Below the pieces are notes generated by a model, which was given only the letters and a program-made list of their open reading frames with translations, did not search any database and was not told the DNA's origin. Shown here piece by piece: positions 25,850-38,585 of a DNA stretch of 64,000 bases; positions within the stretch are counted from its first letter, which is position 1; each line of letters starts with the position of its first letter. A program made the position numbers and the translations under genes. This DNA comes from Podarcis gaigeae (Eukaryota), in NCBI GenBank assembly GCA_964106915.2, contig OZ066923.1. One strand, 5' to 3'.

Positions 25850-26720
25850 ACGGGAGAAGGAGGAGGAATTAGTTTGCCCTTCAAAAGAGAAACCGCCCGA
25901 AGGCGCAAGTGCCGGGAAAAGTCCCGCCTTTCACGCACGTGAACCGTGGATAAGGGACGCGGGTGAGGAGGCGAGAGGCCATGAGGGAAACACCAGCCTC
26001 AAAGTAGGGGGGGGGGGGGAGCCTATGAAGCAGACTCGACACAGGACGAGGGTGGGGTGGGCAGAAACCACCACAGTGAATATTTTGTGTGTGTTTTAAA
26101 GGAGAAGCCAGGCGGCGGTAGGGAAGGGGTGGAAGAAGCGACCGCCTCCCCAACCACCCACCTCGTAAGGGGCTGCCGCCAACCGCCCGGAGCGCTCGCC
26201 CAACCGCCCACACGGTGACCTCGCGCGCGAGGAGACTGAGGCGCTCGGCTCTTTCCCCCTCCGCCCCGCCCCTCCGGAGTGTGTTTTTGTTTTGCTTACC
26301 CGAGTCTCACGAGGACGGCGGGGAAGAGCGCTGGGTCAAAGCCAAGAGGAATATGTCCGTGCCGCGGGGCCGCGTTAGGATATATACATGCACGCGCTTG
26401 AATGAAGGTTTATATATGTATATATGCGTGTTTGTGCATATGTAGGTATATGCGTGCGCGTGTGTGTGCGCGCGCGCGCGCAACGCTTCCAGTCAGCCCT
26501 TAAATGAAAGCCTCCATTGCCGCCATGATAGAGGAGGGCAAAAAAACAAAAACCAGCGGCTGTCGGAGGCCCGCCTCAAACGCTGCGGGCGTCGTGACGC
26601 CATCGCGACGGAACGGCGCCTGTGCGTGCTCCTTCGCTCCCAGCTCGGCCGCCTGTGCGGTCGCCGAGGTCTTTGAGATAGGAAAAAGGGTAGAGCGGTA
26701 CACAGACTGGACTTCTGGTC
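25850..26720 (-). promoter_or_regulatory. BCL2L13: CpG island / BCL2L13 promoter and candidate non-coding exon 1 (donor G|GTAAGC after 26300)
   Basis: High CpG density in an AT-rich background, GC boxes, YY1-like ATGGCGGC (26526-26519), E-box CACGTG (25936-25941) and a consensus donor upstream of exon 2. Confidence 0.75.
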
Positions 26721-26819
26721 AAAAAGCGAACGGTAGCAAACTCAATACTGGCAGGAACGAGCTGATTTCATGCTTATAGGATCTACTTCAATAGAAACCG
26801 CCCACCCCTCAAGTCCACC

Positions 26820-26986
26820 TGCTGAAGCCAGGTGCAAGCACGAAGTGCAAGTAAATAAATAGGTACTTTGGAGGGAAGGTTCGCCAGAAGTGGCTTAGTC
26901 ATGCTGGCCACATGATCCCGAAGCTGTAAGCCGGCTTCCTCAGCCAGTAAAGCGAGTCAGGGTCAGGGGTCCCTTTACTTTTACCT
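26820..26986 (+). mobile_element. Sauria SINE, degenerate with internal deletions
   Basis: GTGCAAGTAAATAAATAGGTAC...GGCTTAGTCATGCTGGCCACATGA...GGTCAGGGGTCCCTTTACTTTTACCT; reverse complement of the 57962 copy. Confidence 0.8.
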
Positions 26987-27637
26987 AAGCTTTAGCATAA
27001 TTTGGCCCAGCCTGTTTTCTCTGTGTTTAATTCCCTTCGGGCCTCATTGTTTACTTGTCGTTGTGCCTACACTGTTGATGGTTGCTAACCGAAGATTGAA
27101 TTAATTACTTTTTAATTAATAATAGGTCCACACATTCTTGAATTTACAGAGAGGCCTTGCACAAGTTACTTATCTCTCAGCATTAGTTTCTAATCAGAAA
27201 CAGAATAATAACTACTTATTTCAACAAGTAAAGGAGGCCATACTGATCCATAAGAAAACAGCCAAGATCCATGGTCAGACATTACTTTTGTTAGGATCAC
27301 TCAAAACGTCACAAAACAGCAAGCAAGCTTCTGAATTTTGCCTAAGTTTTCATTTGGCTGGAGGCTGAGCAATAGGGTTTGGGAGAGCTACCTAGTTGTT
27401 GAAGCTACAAAGTCTACATCCACTCAGTCTTAAAATGTAGTGTGTGTAGGCGGAGATAGCAGACTTAATACGATTAGGCTCTTAGACACTATGCTGGTTT
27501 CACATTACAGCTTGAGCTGCTGTGACAAGGAAAAAGACACATTGACTGACCCAACCCCTATTCCCATTTCTAGCCTAACCTCCAGCCTGTAATAGTGTTT
27601 CAGGGAGCAGACATAGAACTTAGGAACTGGATTTGCT

Positions 27638-28100
27638 AATAAATAATAATAATAATAATAATAATTTATATCTTGCCCTCCCCAGCTGAAGCCAGGCTCA
27701 GAGTGGCTAACAACAGTAAAATAGTACAGCATTCTAAAATCAATTCATTATAAAATCATTTCAAATCAAATTGATGTAATCATTGGGCTAGAGTTCTGTG
27801 AAGAAATTACCAAAGGCTGTGCCTTGGCCAAAGGCCTGGTGGAACAGCTCTGTCTTGCAGGCCCTGCGGAAAGATGCCAAGTCCCGCAAGGCCCTAGTCT
27901 CTTGTGACAGAGCGTTCCACCATATCGGAGCCCCAGCCCCAAAAGCCCTGGCTCTGGTTGAGGCCAGCCTAACCTCTCTGTGGCCCGGGACCTCCAAGTT
28001 GTTTTTGTTTGCAGACTGTAAGGTCCTCCGTGGGACATACCAGGAGAGTCAGCCCCACAGTACGAGGGTCCTAGGCCGTATAGGGCTTCAAAGGTTAAAA
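27638..28100 (-). mobile_element. L2-clade LINE 3' end with (TTA)n tail
   Basis: Minus ORF RAFGAGAPIWWNALSQETRALRDLASFRRACKTELFHQAF matches the L2 ORF2 C-terminal motif. It is followed by a 3' UTR and a simple-repeat tail. Confidence 0.8.
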
Positions 28101-29499
28101 TTACATGCTCAACCTAGGAATATGTTTTCCAAACCAGAACTGCAACCTGAATTGCTTCACTTGAAAATCTACTCCTGGTTTTCTTTCAACAGCCTAATTA
28201 AGGAGTAAGCTCTTGTTGTTCCTGAAACATTTAGGAATTAGAAACATTTGCTGGTCTACTGCAAATAATTCAGAGACCCATGAACAGAGTTCCACCCTAC
28301 TTGTAAGCACTGTCAGATTCATCCCTGCCCTCAACTGCTGCCCTGGGCTTCTTTGGGAAGACTGACTGCTTTTAATTAAAGAGCTGATGTTGTAATGTTT
28401 TTATTGTAATTACTTGTATAGTTTAATTTATTTTTTATTGTTACACTCCACCCCAATTTCCACAGCAGTGCAAGATTCCAGGAGTCCAAAGCACTTACCC
28501 GGAGTTTCTGTTCCCTCCAGAAATGAGGCACAACGGAGACAGTGATGTTTTTTATGATACATGGTTTATTCATATGCACTGCTCAGACTTGCACCCCAGA
28601 GTCACTTCAGTGCTGCAAAGAACCTGAGTCTAGATGGAAAGAATCACATCCCAAGAGGGTCCTGTTCCTCTCATTGCTGCAGCCTCAGATTCCAAGAGAC
28701 CCCAGACATTATGTCTGACCCCTCTCTGCAGCATAAAAGAGATTAACTTCCTCCTGCTCTACTCCACACCTCACCCCAGCCTGCAAAAGTGACTTACCTC
28801 TTTGCCCACTACAATGCTGCCCTTCCCTCCTGAACTGCTGGCCTTTTGTCTCTGCTAACTGTCTCCTAATGGGTTAATGGCTAGACCAACATCAGTCTGT
28901 TTGGCACAGTTTAGTCAAACCATGATGAATTAAAACTTTACTGAATTTAAGAATATGGGCGACTTGCACCCACAAACACTGGTACCACAAACCTATAACT
29001 ATAGTGTTTATTTCTATTGGTGTTTATTGTTTAATGATTTTTTTCCCCTAGCTGTTCTTATTTTTATCCAAAAGCCGCCTTGAGTCCCTTTCAGGGAAAA
29101 AGGCAAAGTATTATTATTAACAACAACAACAACAATATACTGAATAAGTAATAAATATCACAGCTGTTTTAAGTATATAACATGGAACTACACTGTAGGC
29201 TTACTACAATCCGTACTCTGCTACAGATCCTCACCCACTCACCCGAAAAAAACCCTTGCAATAAACTATGAAGTTGGTTACTAGTACTCGGTTTCTAATA
29301 GTTGCACGAAAGTTAGAAACCCAATGAGAGCACTATTTGAGAAGTCCAAGCAGAAAACTCATTTGAGATATGGAACATGAAGCTTGCGTTGGCACTACTA
29401 TTTTAAAATAATAATTTAAAAAAACACCTCGAAATGAAACATAAAAGTTAGAATGACAAAGAGCTACTCCCTTTCCTGACACCTTTCATTTTGAGGAGG

Positions 29500-30100
29500 C
29501 CTTCCTAACCATAAACGCAGGAACATGTCGGGGTTGCTCTACAAATTTCTCGCGGCGGTTCCTTAGGTGGCGATTTGGGGAACTCTTTGCTTAACGCGAG
29601 CCCGGAAGTTCTCTACACTAAGGCTGAGGAGGGGCACTCTATATTCTTTTATTTATCGCTGCGATAGCCGTGCCTTCAGAGCCGGGATGCGAAACGTCAT
29701 CACGCAAGCGCTGGCGCACTTGGTGGCGTCGGGACGGACCCTACCTCCCCATTGGCGCATTGCCAGGGGTAAGGGGCGGGGACACGGTGACGAAGGAAGG
29801 GTGGGCGGGGACTTGCGTCAGCTGCTGAGTGACCCGAACCGGATTTGATCCCATTCCCTTACAGCCTTCCAAGGAGCTCGGCCCGAGCGGACGACTTGCC
29901 TTGCCTATATTGTCCGCTTTCTCCTCCGCTCGCTCTCACCATGGCGCTCAGCGATGACGACGTCAAGAAGCAGGTACTGTGGGTGGAGGGCCCTGAGGAG
30001 AGACCCTCCTTATCAACCCCATCCGGCCTCTCCCTTCCCTCGCGGCCCTGTGCCCCCTTGGCCGGGCTGTCATGTGACGCGCGTCCTTTTCTCTAAGCTG
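29500..30100 (+). promoter_or_regulatory. ATP6V1E1: CpG island / ATP6V1E1 promoter
   Basis: ETS CCGGAAGT 29602-29609, inverted CCAAT 29751-29755, GC boxes 29773-29781 and 29802-29810, CRE half-sites, GTCATGTGAC 30069-30078. Confidence 0.85.
29941..29973 (+). CDS. ATP6V1E1: V-type proton ATPase subunit E1, exon 1
   Basis: Kozak accATGG; 33 nt MALSDDDVKKQ|gtactg. Confidence 0.95.
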
Positions 30101-30339
30101 TGGAAAAGGGAATTCAGCGGTTGAAATGATTGCGGGGGGGGGGGACTTCCAGGGAAACACCTTTTGCATCCTGAAATACACTTTGCACCCTGAGAGTCTG
30201 AAGAGCTGCTTTGTGGCTGGGTTGAGAGAATGTGTTAGGGACCTGGGTTTTGCTTTGCTTTTCTGTTCTCAAATAATTGCATCTTGTTTCCTTATGGTTA
30301 AATGTTCTTTGGATACCGCCCTTCTAAGAGCTGTATCTT

Positions 30340-30497
30340 AGGCAGTGAAACACTGGTTGGACGCGCTTTCCTTGGAGGTTTTTAAGCAGAGGTCGGATGG
30401 CCCTCTGTCATGTATGACCTCGTTGAGGTTCCTGTATTGCAGGGGGGTTGGACTCGGTGACCTGCAAGTCCCTTCCAACTCTACAATTCTGTGATTT
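30340..30497 (+). mobile_element. CR1 LINE extreme 3' end
   Basis: TTGGAGGTTTTTAAGCAGAGG...CCTGTATTGCAGGGGGTTGGACT...GTCCCTTCCAACTCTACAATTCTGTGATT. Confidence 0.8.
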
Positions 30498-30559
30498 TTA
30501 AGGGTAACGGGTTGCTTGATTTTTTTTTTCTTCAAAAAACCCCCAAAGGTTTAATAGCG

Positions 30560-30755
30560 AGCCACTGTGGTGTAGTGTGCTTGGCCTGTGACCTGGGCTC
30601 AAATCCTCACTCAGGCATGAAGCTCGTCACGGCCTAACCTACCCTCCTGGGGATGTTAAAAGGATGTTAAAAGGACAAAATTAGGAGGAGAGAGTCAGGT
30701 GTTCCACCTTGAGCTTCTTGGAGGAGAAGGTGGTATACAACGGTAATCAATAAAA
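30560..30755 (+). mobile_element. tRNA-headed MIR-like SINE
   Basis: TGTGGTGTAGTG...GGGCTCAAATCCTCACTCAGGCATGAAGCTC...CTTGAGCTTCTTGGAGGAGAAGGTGG. Confidence 0.6.
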
Positions 30756-30769
30756 CAATAACTGTATGG

Positions 30770-31235
30770 CTTCGTCCTATGTATGCTCAGTTTCGGTGTA
30801 AACCCTACCCTACTCCTAAATCCCACTGGGCTCAGTCCACCTTGACTTTCTTCTGAATCAACATGCATAGGCTGAAGCTGTAGAAGTGTACATGCATGAC
30901 ACTTTCAACACAATCCTTGCGAGGTTTTTTCAGAAGCAAGCTTCACTGTGTTCAATGAGACATCCTCCTAAACACCTTTTTGAATATCTGTCGTGTTATT
31001 TATGTGCACAGGAAAATAGTTAATGCGCTATAAAAAGGGGAAGAGCTCCACTTTATAATCCAGTACCCCTGGCAGTAAGTGACCAGAGCAGGAAAGTCCT
31101 TTTGTACATTTACTTGGTAGTAAATTCCCACTTAGTTCATTGGGGTTTCTTCTCAAGTAAATTTGCATGAGGTTGGGCAGAATACCTGTTGAATTTGGGA
31201 CTTCCAAGTAAATATGGTTACTACTGTGCTGCAAT
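30770..31235. repeat. Cluster of short palindromic elements (AATCCTATGCA...AGTAAGCCC...TTCAATGGGACTTAC...TAGGATTGCA family)
   Basis: Several degenerate copies lie in tandem here. The same ~80-100 bp motif recurs near 3270, 16213, 34770 and 50630. Confidence 0.55.
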
Positions 31236-32526
31236 GGGATTTAACCTTGAAGCTGAAATTCATGTGTGTATTTTTTGTTGAGGGGGGCATGAGGTAAGAA
31301 GAAAACTTGTTACATTAGAAATGTTCACCACCTCATATGCAAGATTACATGGTTGTGTTCTCAATGAATAAACGTGAAAAGTTATCCCCTCCCCAGTTCT
31401 TTGTGCCCAAACAGGAACACACTGTTGCACACATTTTGAGGTTTTTGAGATGTACTGAGAAGGTGCGGAAAGCTACTTTTTATTACCATGGTTATGGTTA
31501 TAGCAGCATCATGTCCTACCTTGTCCTTGAGAATGTGTCCTTGAACTGAAGTGTTTGCAGTAAAAATGACTAAGTATATCTCAAGCAGTAGATAGATGGG
31601 AAATGTTTGCTGTTCACAAACAGCAAACATTTGTACCCAAATGTTTGTACCCATTCCTATCTTCCTTTTTTTCCATATTCACAACTATCAATACATAGTG
31701 TTATTACCAGTGTAAGATTAATGGTTTGTTCATGGATAGGTTAGAAATGAGTGAGGATTTGCTGTGTAGTAGAAGATGCTCAATGTGGGGTTGCAAAATC
31801 ATTTGTAAAGTAAAACTTGGCTGAGTTTGAGGGGAGGGTGACTATTGGGTGGAAAAGTTGGATATAAATGGATTTAGACAGGAAGCTAAAGTGTCTTACT
31901 ATTGAATTAGAAACAATAAAGGAAAGACAAATATTTGTATTTTAGCTATTTTTTAAATGGGCTTTGAGAGAGTCCAGCTAGAACCAATTTGTAGCCAAGG
32001 GTTCTTGCGGCATTAATGATAGACCTTGGGTGCTCACAAGCCATAATATGGTGCCACTGCTACTTGTTACTTGCACTTGTATACCAAGGGGCACTAAAAA
32101 CGGGATAGAAACCTTTCTTTAAAAGACAAGCTTGCTTTGAAGTGTGACTGCTCAGCCATTGACCACAAAGACATATAAATTCTCTGCTTATACTGCTTAC
32201 TTCTGGACTAGATGCCTATCAGTAAGACGTGTTTTATCCCAACATAATGGTTTGATTGTAAACAGAGGATATCTTTTGGAACTATTTTGTAAGAGGGCAG
32301 AGGAATGTTTCATCTTCAGACTAGGAAACTAGAAACTGGAAAAGCCCATTATTAAGACTCACATTAACTGATGAAAATAGGAAGTTCTGGTCCCAGCAAC
32401 TGAACCTTTGGAGCATGTGGAACTTTGGGATTTGTAACATTTAACTCTAAGTGGTTCATTGTGGCTTTTTTAATACCAAATACCACTTTGAGGGCTTCTG
32501 CAGAAAATTAATAATATTGATCTTCA

Positions 32527-32527
<1 letters not shown>

Positions 32528-32558
<31 letters not shown>
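32528..32558. repeat. (AT)n microsatellite
   Basis: Read directly from the sequence. Confidence 0.95.
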
Positions 32559-32562
<4 letters not shown>

Positions 32563-34479
32563 ATAGCAACAACACTCAGTTAAAATAGTCATTTTCCTGA
32601 AGGAACATTTGCACAATGGAATTTTTTGATATACAGTGCATGTGATTTGGCTGTCCTTTAGAGCTTGTCCTGTTGACTGTAAATAGTGTCCTTCCTAGTA
32701 GAACTGCCCTGGGCTAGGTTTGGGATGGAATATTGTGCTGAACTCTGCATAGATCCAGCCAGTGCTGGTAAAACATTGTCCCTTCACAGCTGACAGGCAG
32801 AGTACATAAGTTTTACTTAGTGTTTAACATCCATGAGCTGAGCCTTTCTTCACATAAGTGACCACTGTATGCTTCTTACTGTTATTGAGAGGTTTAACTT
32901 TGGGAGCAGGTCAATTTTTTGTTTGAGCCCAGATACCAGTATCTCAGGAAAAGAGCTTTCCCATCACCTGATCTTCCAGCCAGAGATGTTGGATATCGGG
33001 ACTTCTCCAATGCCAGGAAAAAGACCATAGCTCAGTGGTCATTGTATCAGCACTGCAGACATACAGAAGTTTACAAACAGTGTTCAAAACTCCCATTGTT
33101 CTATACACATTTTGTGACACGGAAGTTCATGAGCACAAACAGTTTCTGAGCTCTGGGTTCAGTACTGTGCCAAAGATTTCAGATTAAAACTGCAGTGTGG
33201 AAGGAGAGGAGGACCTTTTTCTGCCTCTCCACTTCCACTTCCTCACTCCGAAGACTGGAGAAGGGACTCTCTTATGAATATTAGTGGGGTGGGCAGGGGA
33301 AGGACTAGACCTTGAGACAGCATTTTAGCTACAGTTCATTCATTTTCAGCTTTGTACTCTCGTTATAAAAAAAGCACACCTAGAATTTCCGTTATTGCAC
33401 CCATACCCTAGGTTTAAGGTGCCATTTAGCTCCAAGCTTTCATATCTCAGTTTCTAACACTGTTTACAAATTATATGCTCTGCCACTGAGCTATGGTCTA
33501 TTGCCTGGCATTGCACACCCAGGATGAAAATTGAATATTATCCTACACATTTGGTAAAACTGCTTAACATCTTGAAGTAGAAATCCTCTGGTCCCCTGGA
33601 AGTAGAGTGATATTATGAAGTCTTCATAATACTAGAGCTCTGGGCCAGCTAATGGAGCTGAATGTTGGAAGATTGAGGGAAGAGAAAATAAAGCACGTGC
33701 TTCATAAGAGCTTGAATATTTGTCCATGAGCACAATCTCCCATACTGTACTTATGAAATCCAAGCTTCAAAAAGATTTGCATTTAAAGTTGTCTAGTTCT
33801 TTGCTTTCACTAATCTAGATGCAGTTAATAAATGAAGGATTACATTTTTGTATTAATTGTATTCTTAATAGGAGGAGTAAAATAGGTTAAAGGGCTACTT
33901 TTGGTTTGGGTTGTAGTGGCTGTCCTCTCATCTGATTATTTGAAAGATTTCCCCCCAAAAGGGAATAATTTGTGGGCAAAAACCACCACATGTATATTAG
34001 AGAACCAAGAAAATTGCATTCCCACCAGCAGAGTTTGGATGTATTGTGGTTAATTTTATTAAGTCTCTCAAAAGTGACATTGATCGGAGGGAGGGGAGGA
34101 CTCGCACCTTCTATACAACATGGTATCCTTTTATTGACTGTGTTAGGACATTTGAACGTGGTATTCACCCTTCATTGAAACATGAAGTCCTTTATTTGAC
34201 GGCCTACACTGGAACATTTAAGATCACAACTATCAGCTGATATTTTTCTTTCTTTCCCAAACAACTGTTAAGCTCTGTATTCCGTATGTGGGTATGTTCT
34301 GTTAACTGAAACTAATTCAATTTTTTAAAAAAACAAGCTTGAATATTTGGAAGCTTATTTTTCAGTCTTGGTGGCAAAAAAACCCACTTGTAACACATAG
34401 GTTACAACACATGGGTGTTGAAAAGCAAAAATGTTCCTGCAGGCTTTCATGGAAAATATAACTCTCCTTTCTGTTACAG

Positions 34480-34545
34480 ATCAAGCACATGATGGCTTTC
34501 ATTGAACAGGAAGCCAACGAGAAGGCAGAAGAAATAGATGCTAAG
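34480..34545 (+). CDS. ATP6V1E1: ATP6V1E1 exon 2
   Basis: 66 nt, [26 protein letters not shown] flanks. Confidence 0.98.
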
Positions 34546-35024
34546 GTAAACAAAAAGTATTTGTATCTTTCCTGCACGTGGAACTTCCATAAAAGATGTT
34601 GGCTTCTTCAGATAACTAAAAGCTCATTTGTGGCAAACAATGTTTGCCAGTCCTCCTCCTGAAATGTCTCAATGAGCCCTATGTGTGGATGCACAAAACT
34701 TTTTAACACAGCATCACCAACAAACAAGGTGAGAGGTTATGGTTGGTGTCTAAAGTGAACATAAAGCATGATCTGTGCATCTGTACTTGATGTAAATCCC
34801 ACTGAATTCAGTGGTGCTTCCTCCCAGGTAAGAGTGCATAGGATTGCAGCCTAACATTCCTCTCTAGTTTAGTAGTCTTGAATACAGAAATCAGTTTTCA
34901 TGTATACATACTCTAGCAGTTAGAATTTAGTAAAAGTTTTAAAAGGGAACGGAAGTGTAGGATGCTGGGACCAAATGAAGTTTCAGTTGCTAGTGAAGAC
35001 ATTCATTAGCTATGAGAGCAATAG

Positions 35025-35181
35025 ATTTTTCCAAGATGCCCCCATGTATAAGATGCCCCCTATTTTGGTGGACTCTGATTTAAGAAAATAGGGGGAGATC
35101 TATCTATGTAAAAGACACCCCCAAATTTTGGACATTATGTTTTAGGAAAGAAACCTAGGCTTATACATGGAAAAACACAGT
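35025..35181. mobile_element. Degenerate pogo/Tc1-type MITE
   Basis: TGTATAAGATGCCCCC...CTTATACATGGAAAAACACAGTA end motif. Confidence 0.5.
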
Positions 35182-35265
35182 AATTGGATTTTGCATGTTT
35201 TGCAAAACACCCTATTTTAGTAGAAAAAGCAGCATATATCCCAGATGGAGTCTTATTCTTCCTAA

Positions 35266-35379
<114 letters not shown>

Positions 35380-35987
35380 TAAGTAGTCTGCTGTGACCTT
35401 TAACTTATTCTTGGTTGCAAGTAGCCAACATGGTATATAGTCCAACCAGAACTAGAAGAGAGGTAATTCCGCAGACAACATGTCATTTCCTGAGGGAAGC
35501 AATGAGACCCTGAAGTTCTCCCCTCCTTAAATAAATAAATAAAATCCTGAAGGAAGAGTATGATGTGTTGATGAAAAGTACCTCTGTTCCAGCCACCTTA
35601 ATTTCTGCACCCACTTGTGTCCCATCAAAATGAATTGCAGTCATGGTCCTGCTCACTGGTAAATTGTAATAAAAATGCAGTAAGTAGTGGTCTTTAATGT
35701 AAGAAACAATGTCACTCCATATAAAGTGATCTCAGATAAATAGCTGCATATTGCTGTTTAAGCAGAGATTTGTGTGTGATCATCTGAGTAAGTCTTGGTG
35801 GTGGGTTAAAGAGATTCCAGAAGTGGACTGACATTAGAGTTGGGGAAAGGGTGTTTACAAAGAGCTTTACTTTGGGCCTGTCTGGATCCAAAATGGGGTA
35901 TGCTGAGGGGAGTGTGTAATAAATGACTGCTGGTTAGACTGTCTGAAGCTTATGGCACTCAGTTCTGTTTTTCCATCTGACTTGCAG

Positions 35988-36054
35988 TCAGATGTCCAAC
36001 CTGATGAATCAGGCAAGGCTGAAGGTTCTCAAAGCAAGGGATGATCTGATTGCC
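35988..36054 (+). CDS. ATP6V1E1: ATP6V1E1 exon 4
   Basis: 67 nt, QMSNLMNQARLKVLKARDDLIA. Confidence 0.98.
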
Positions 36055-37883
36055 GTAAGTACATACTTCCCTTTATAAAAGATTGAGGATTCTTGCCATT
36101 TGTCTGACTCACAACTGGTGTCTTAAAAAAACAAAACTTTCAGGTTTCACACTTGGGGGCCTATTTGATGTAGAAAATGCTTGGGTTTGGAACTTGTATG
36201 TTGTTGTAGGTCCATATATACTATAGATGGAAGGTAATACTGATCTTACTTTCTGCTATACTGGAGAATAAATAAGAAGTAAAGGATGCATCCTGCTTAT
36301 TCTCTGCTTTCAGCCTGTTCATTGCTCCCCCCGCCCCCCAGCTAGCATTTAACTCTTGCACAATACAACAGTGTGGGGAAAGAGAAAGTAATTGTACTCA
36401 GTGGCATGTTAATGGGGAGGAATTCCTCCTAAAATGGTAGAATGGGTGAGCCTGTTCTAGTTCTTAAGGTTGCACTACTTCAGGTGAGGGCTTGTGTGAG
36501 TTAATGGTCCTCTGTACAGAGCAACTTCCTGAATACAGAAAATTAGCAAGTCAGGGGAAAGTTTCCATATTTTCTCCTGATGCATTAGTATTGTTTTTGC
36601 TGGATTCTGATTTTGTTTGATGTTTAATAAGGAACACTTCCAGTATTGCCTTCTTGCCTAATTCTGTTTTTAACAGGCATGACTGTATAAAACATAGTTA
36701 CAAAACATTCCCATTCTTTCTGCTGGTTATTTGGGTTAGAAATACATTGGCTTAAATTAAAAATGAGCTGGAGGGCTACAGTTAATGTGTGTGTCACCAC
36801 AAAATGCCTTTTGCTCACTCCACTGTTAGGGGAGAGTGATATAATGATACTCCATAAACAGAGCTTACTGCAGTAGAAATGTCATTGTTTAATTCCTGTT
36901 TCCCTTAACAACTCAGAATACCGTATCACTTTTTAGAGAGAAATTTGTCCCTTTTGCAGTTTGACTCTAAGAACTGATTCTGGCAGAATATGCTAACACT
37001 TACTGTACTTGTAGAGAAGGCTGAAGGGAAAAGGCTAAGAAACATGAATTCTTTCACAATCAACTCAAACAGCTCAGTCACATGCTTGTGGTGCATGAAA
37101 TGCTCCAACTTCCTCTTTATATCATAACTTTATATTTGTACTAGATAAGTGACCAGGGTTGGAAGGAAATTTCAGGAATTCAGTCAAAAATGAAAAACTA
37201 TAATATAGTGTTGAACTGTAGTATGACTGAATAACAGAACCCAGAACGGGGCAGGCTTGGTTCTGTAGAATAAAGTAAATTGACTGCAGTCTGGGAAATA
37301 TTACAATGGAAGGGAGCCTTATTCAAAATACTGGTATTATTAGGTGCAGACCTAGACCTCCCCCACCCGCACCCCGCATGGTGTCCTCAAATGTCCCCTT
37401 TTGCTTGCTTCTGTATATGTGGGTGCTGCTCACTTATAGCGGGAAAATAAATCACTATACTTGGGGACAAGATTTTTGTGCGGAATTACTTTTCCTCCAC
37501 CCATGGCAGTGTGGCCTGGTCTCTGTCAGGTTTCTGCATATGCATGTTGGACCAACGGTTGCACAGTCCTTTAGTCTTTCTATGAATCATAATGGTCATT
37601 TCACTAGTGACTATATAAAATGGCCCTGTTACAAGTTAAATGTTCACAGTGGTAGTAAAACTTAATTTTTCCACTCCAGATTATGTTTAAAGGATTGTCT
37701 CTGGAAAGGCTATTTGTTGCTTGTGTTCTTAAAGCTGAGGGGTGTATCAATTACAATTAAATGCCTTAACTGAGCCTTTGCATTGGGAACTGGGGTTGGG
37801 GCAGAGGGAGTCTGCCTGAGGTTTAGTGTTTGACTGAAGGACATGGTGTGATCTTTTCTATCCACATTTTCCTCTCGTCGTAG

Positions 37884-37973
37884 GATTTGCTGAATGATGC
37901 CAAGCAGAGACTGGCTAAAGTAGTAAAGGATACTGGCAGGTACCAGAGTCTGTTGGATGGATTAGTTCTACAG
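37884..37973 (+). CDS. ATP6V1E1: ATP6V1E1 exon 5
   Basis: 90 nt, [30 protein letters not shown]. Confidence 0.98.
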
Positions 37974-38585
37974 GTAAACATATTCCATGCTTCCTACGGA
38001 CACTTCCCTGTAAAATAGCTTGCATCTTTATGGTCCCCTTTTAGTTGTGGATATAGACCTCTTAAATCCACACTATCAACTCTCCTTTGTATGTCTTAGA
38101 ATGTTTCCCAGTTAAATTCCCCACCTCTGGTTTCTCTAAGCTTGAGACAGCACTCCAACATGTATATAGTATGTAATCTACTAACTCCAATGCAACATGA
38201 AATGGTCAAGTTCTTATCTTCGCTAAAATTTCTACCTTTGCCATTTGTCTCCCTAAATGTGCTTGTATCCCTTAAGTTCAGCAGACAAAGACCACCTCCA
38301 TTTCTCCATTCAGAATGTTAAACTGCTAAAGCAGAACTTTTTACATTTTGGGCCTTCAAGTCTGGAAGCTGTTACCCAGAGAGGCCTATCCAACCCATGT
38401 TTTGTATTCCTTTTTGGCAAACCTTCCGCATTACGCTAATTAAGTACAGTATTGTGTGAATTTAAATTAAATATGTTTTAATTGTCCTGGGGTTTGTAAA
38501 GGTGTTCATTAAACTTAAAGGATTTGTCAACTTGGATTGTATAAATTTTGCAAGCCACATTAAGCTCTTGTTCTATTTTTAAAAG

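Noticed and set aside
27766-28208. Novel gene between the promoters (overlapping 69-136 aa ORFs)
   Set aside because: Explained by an L2 ORF2 C-terminus and its antisense frames.
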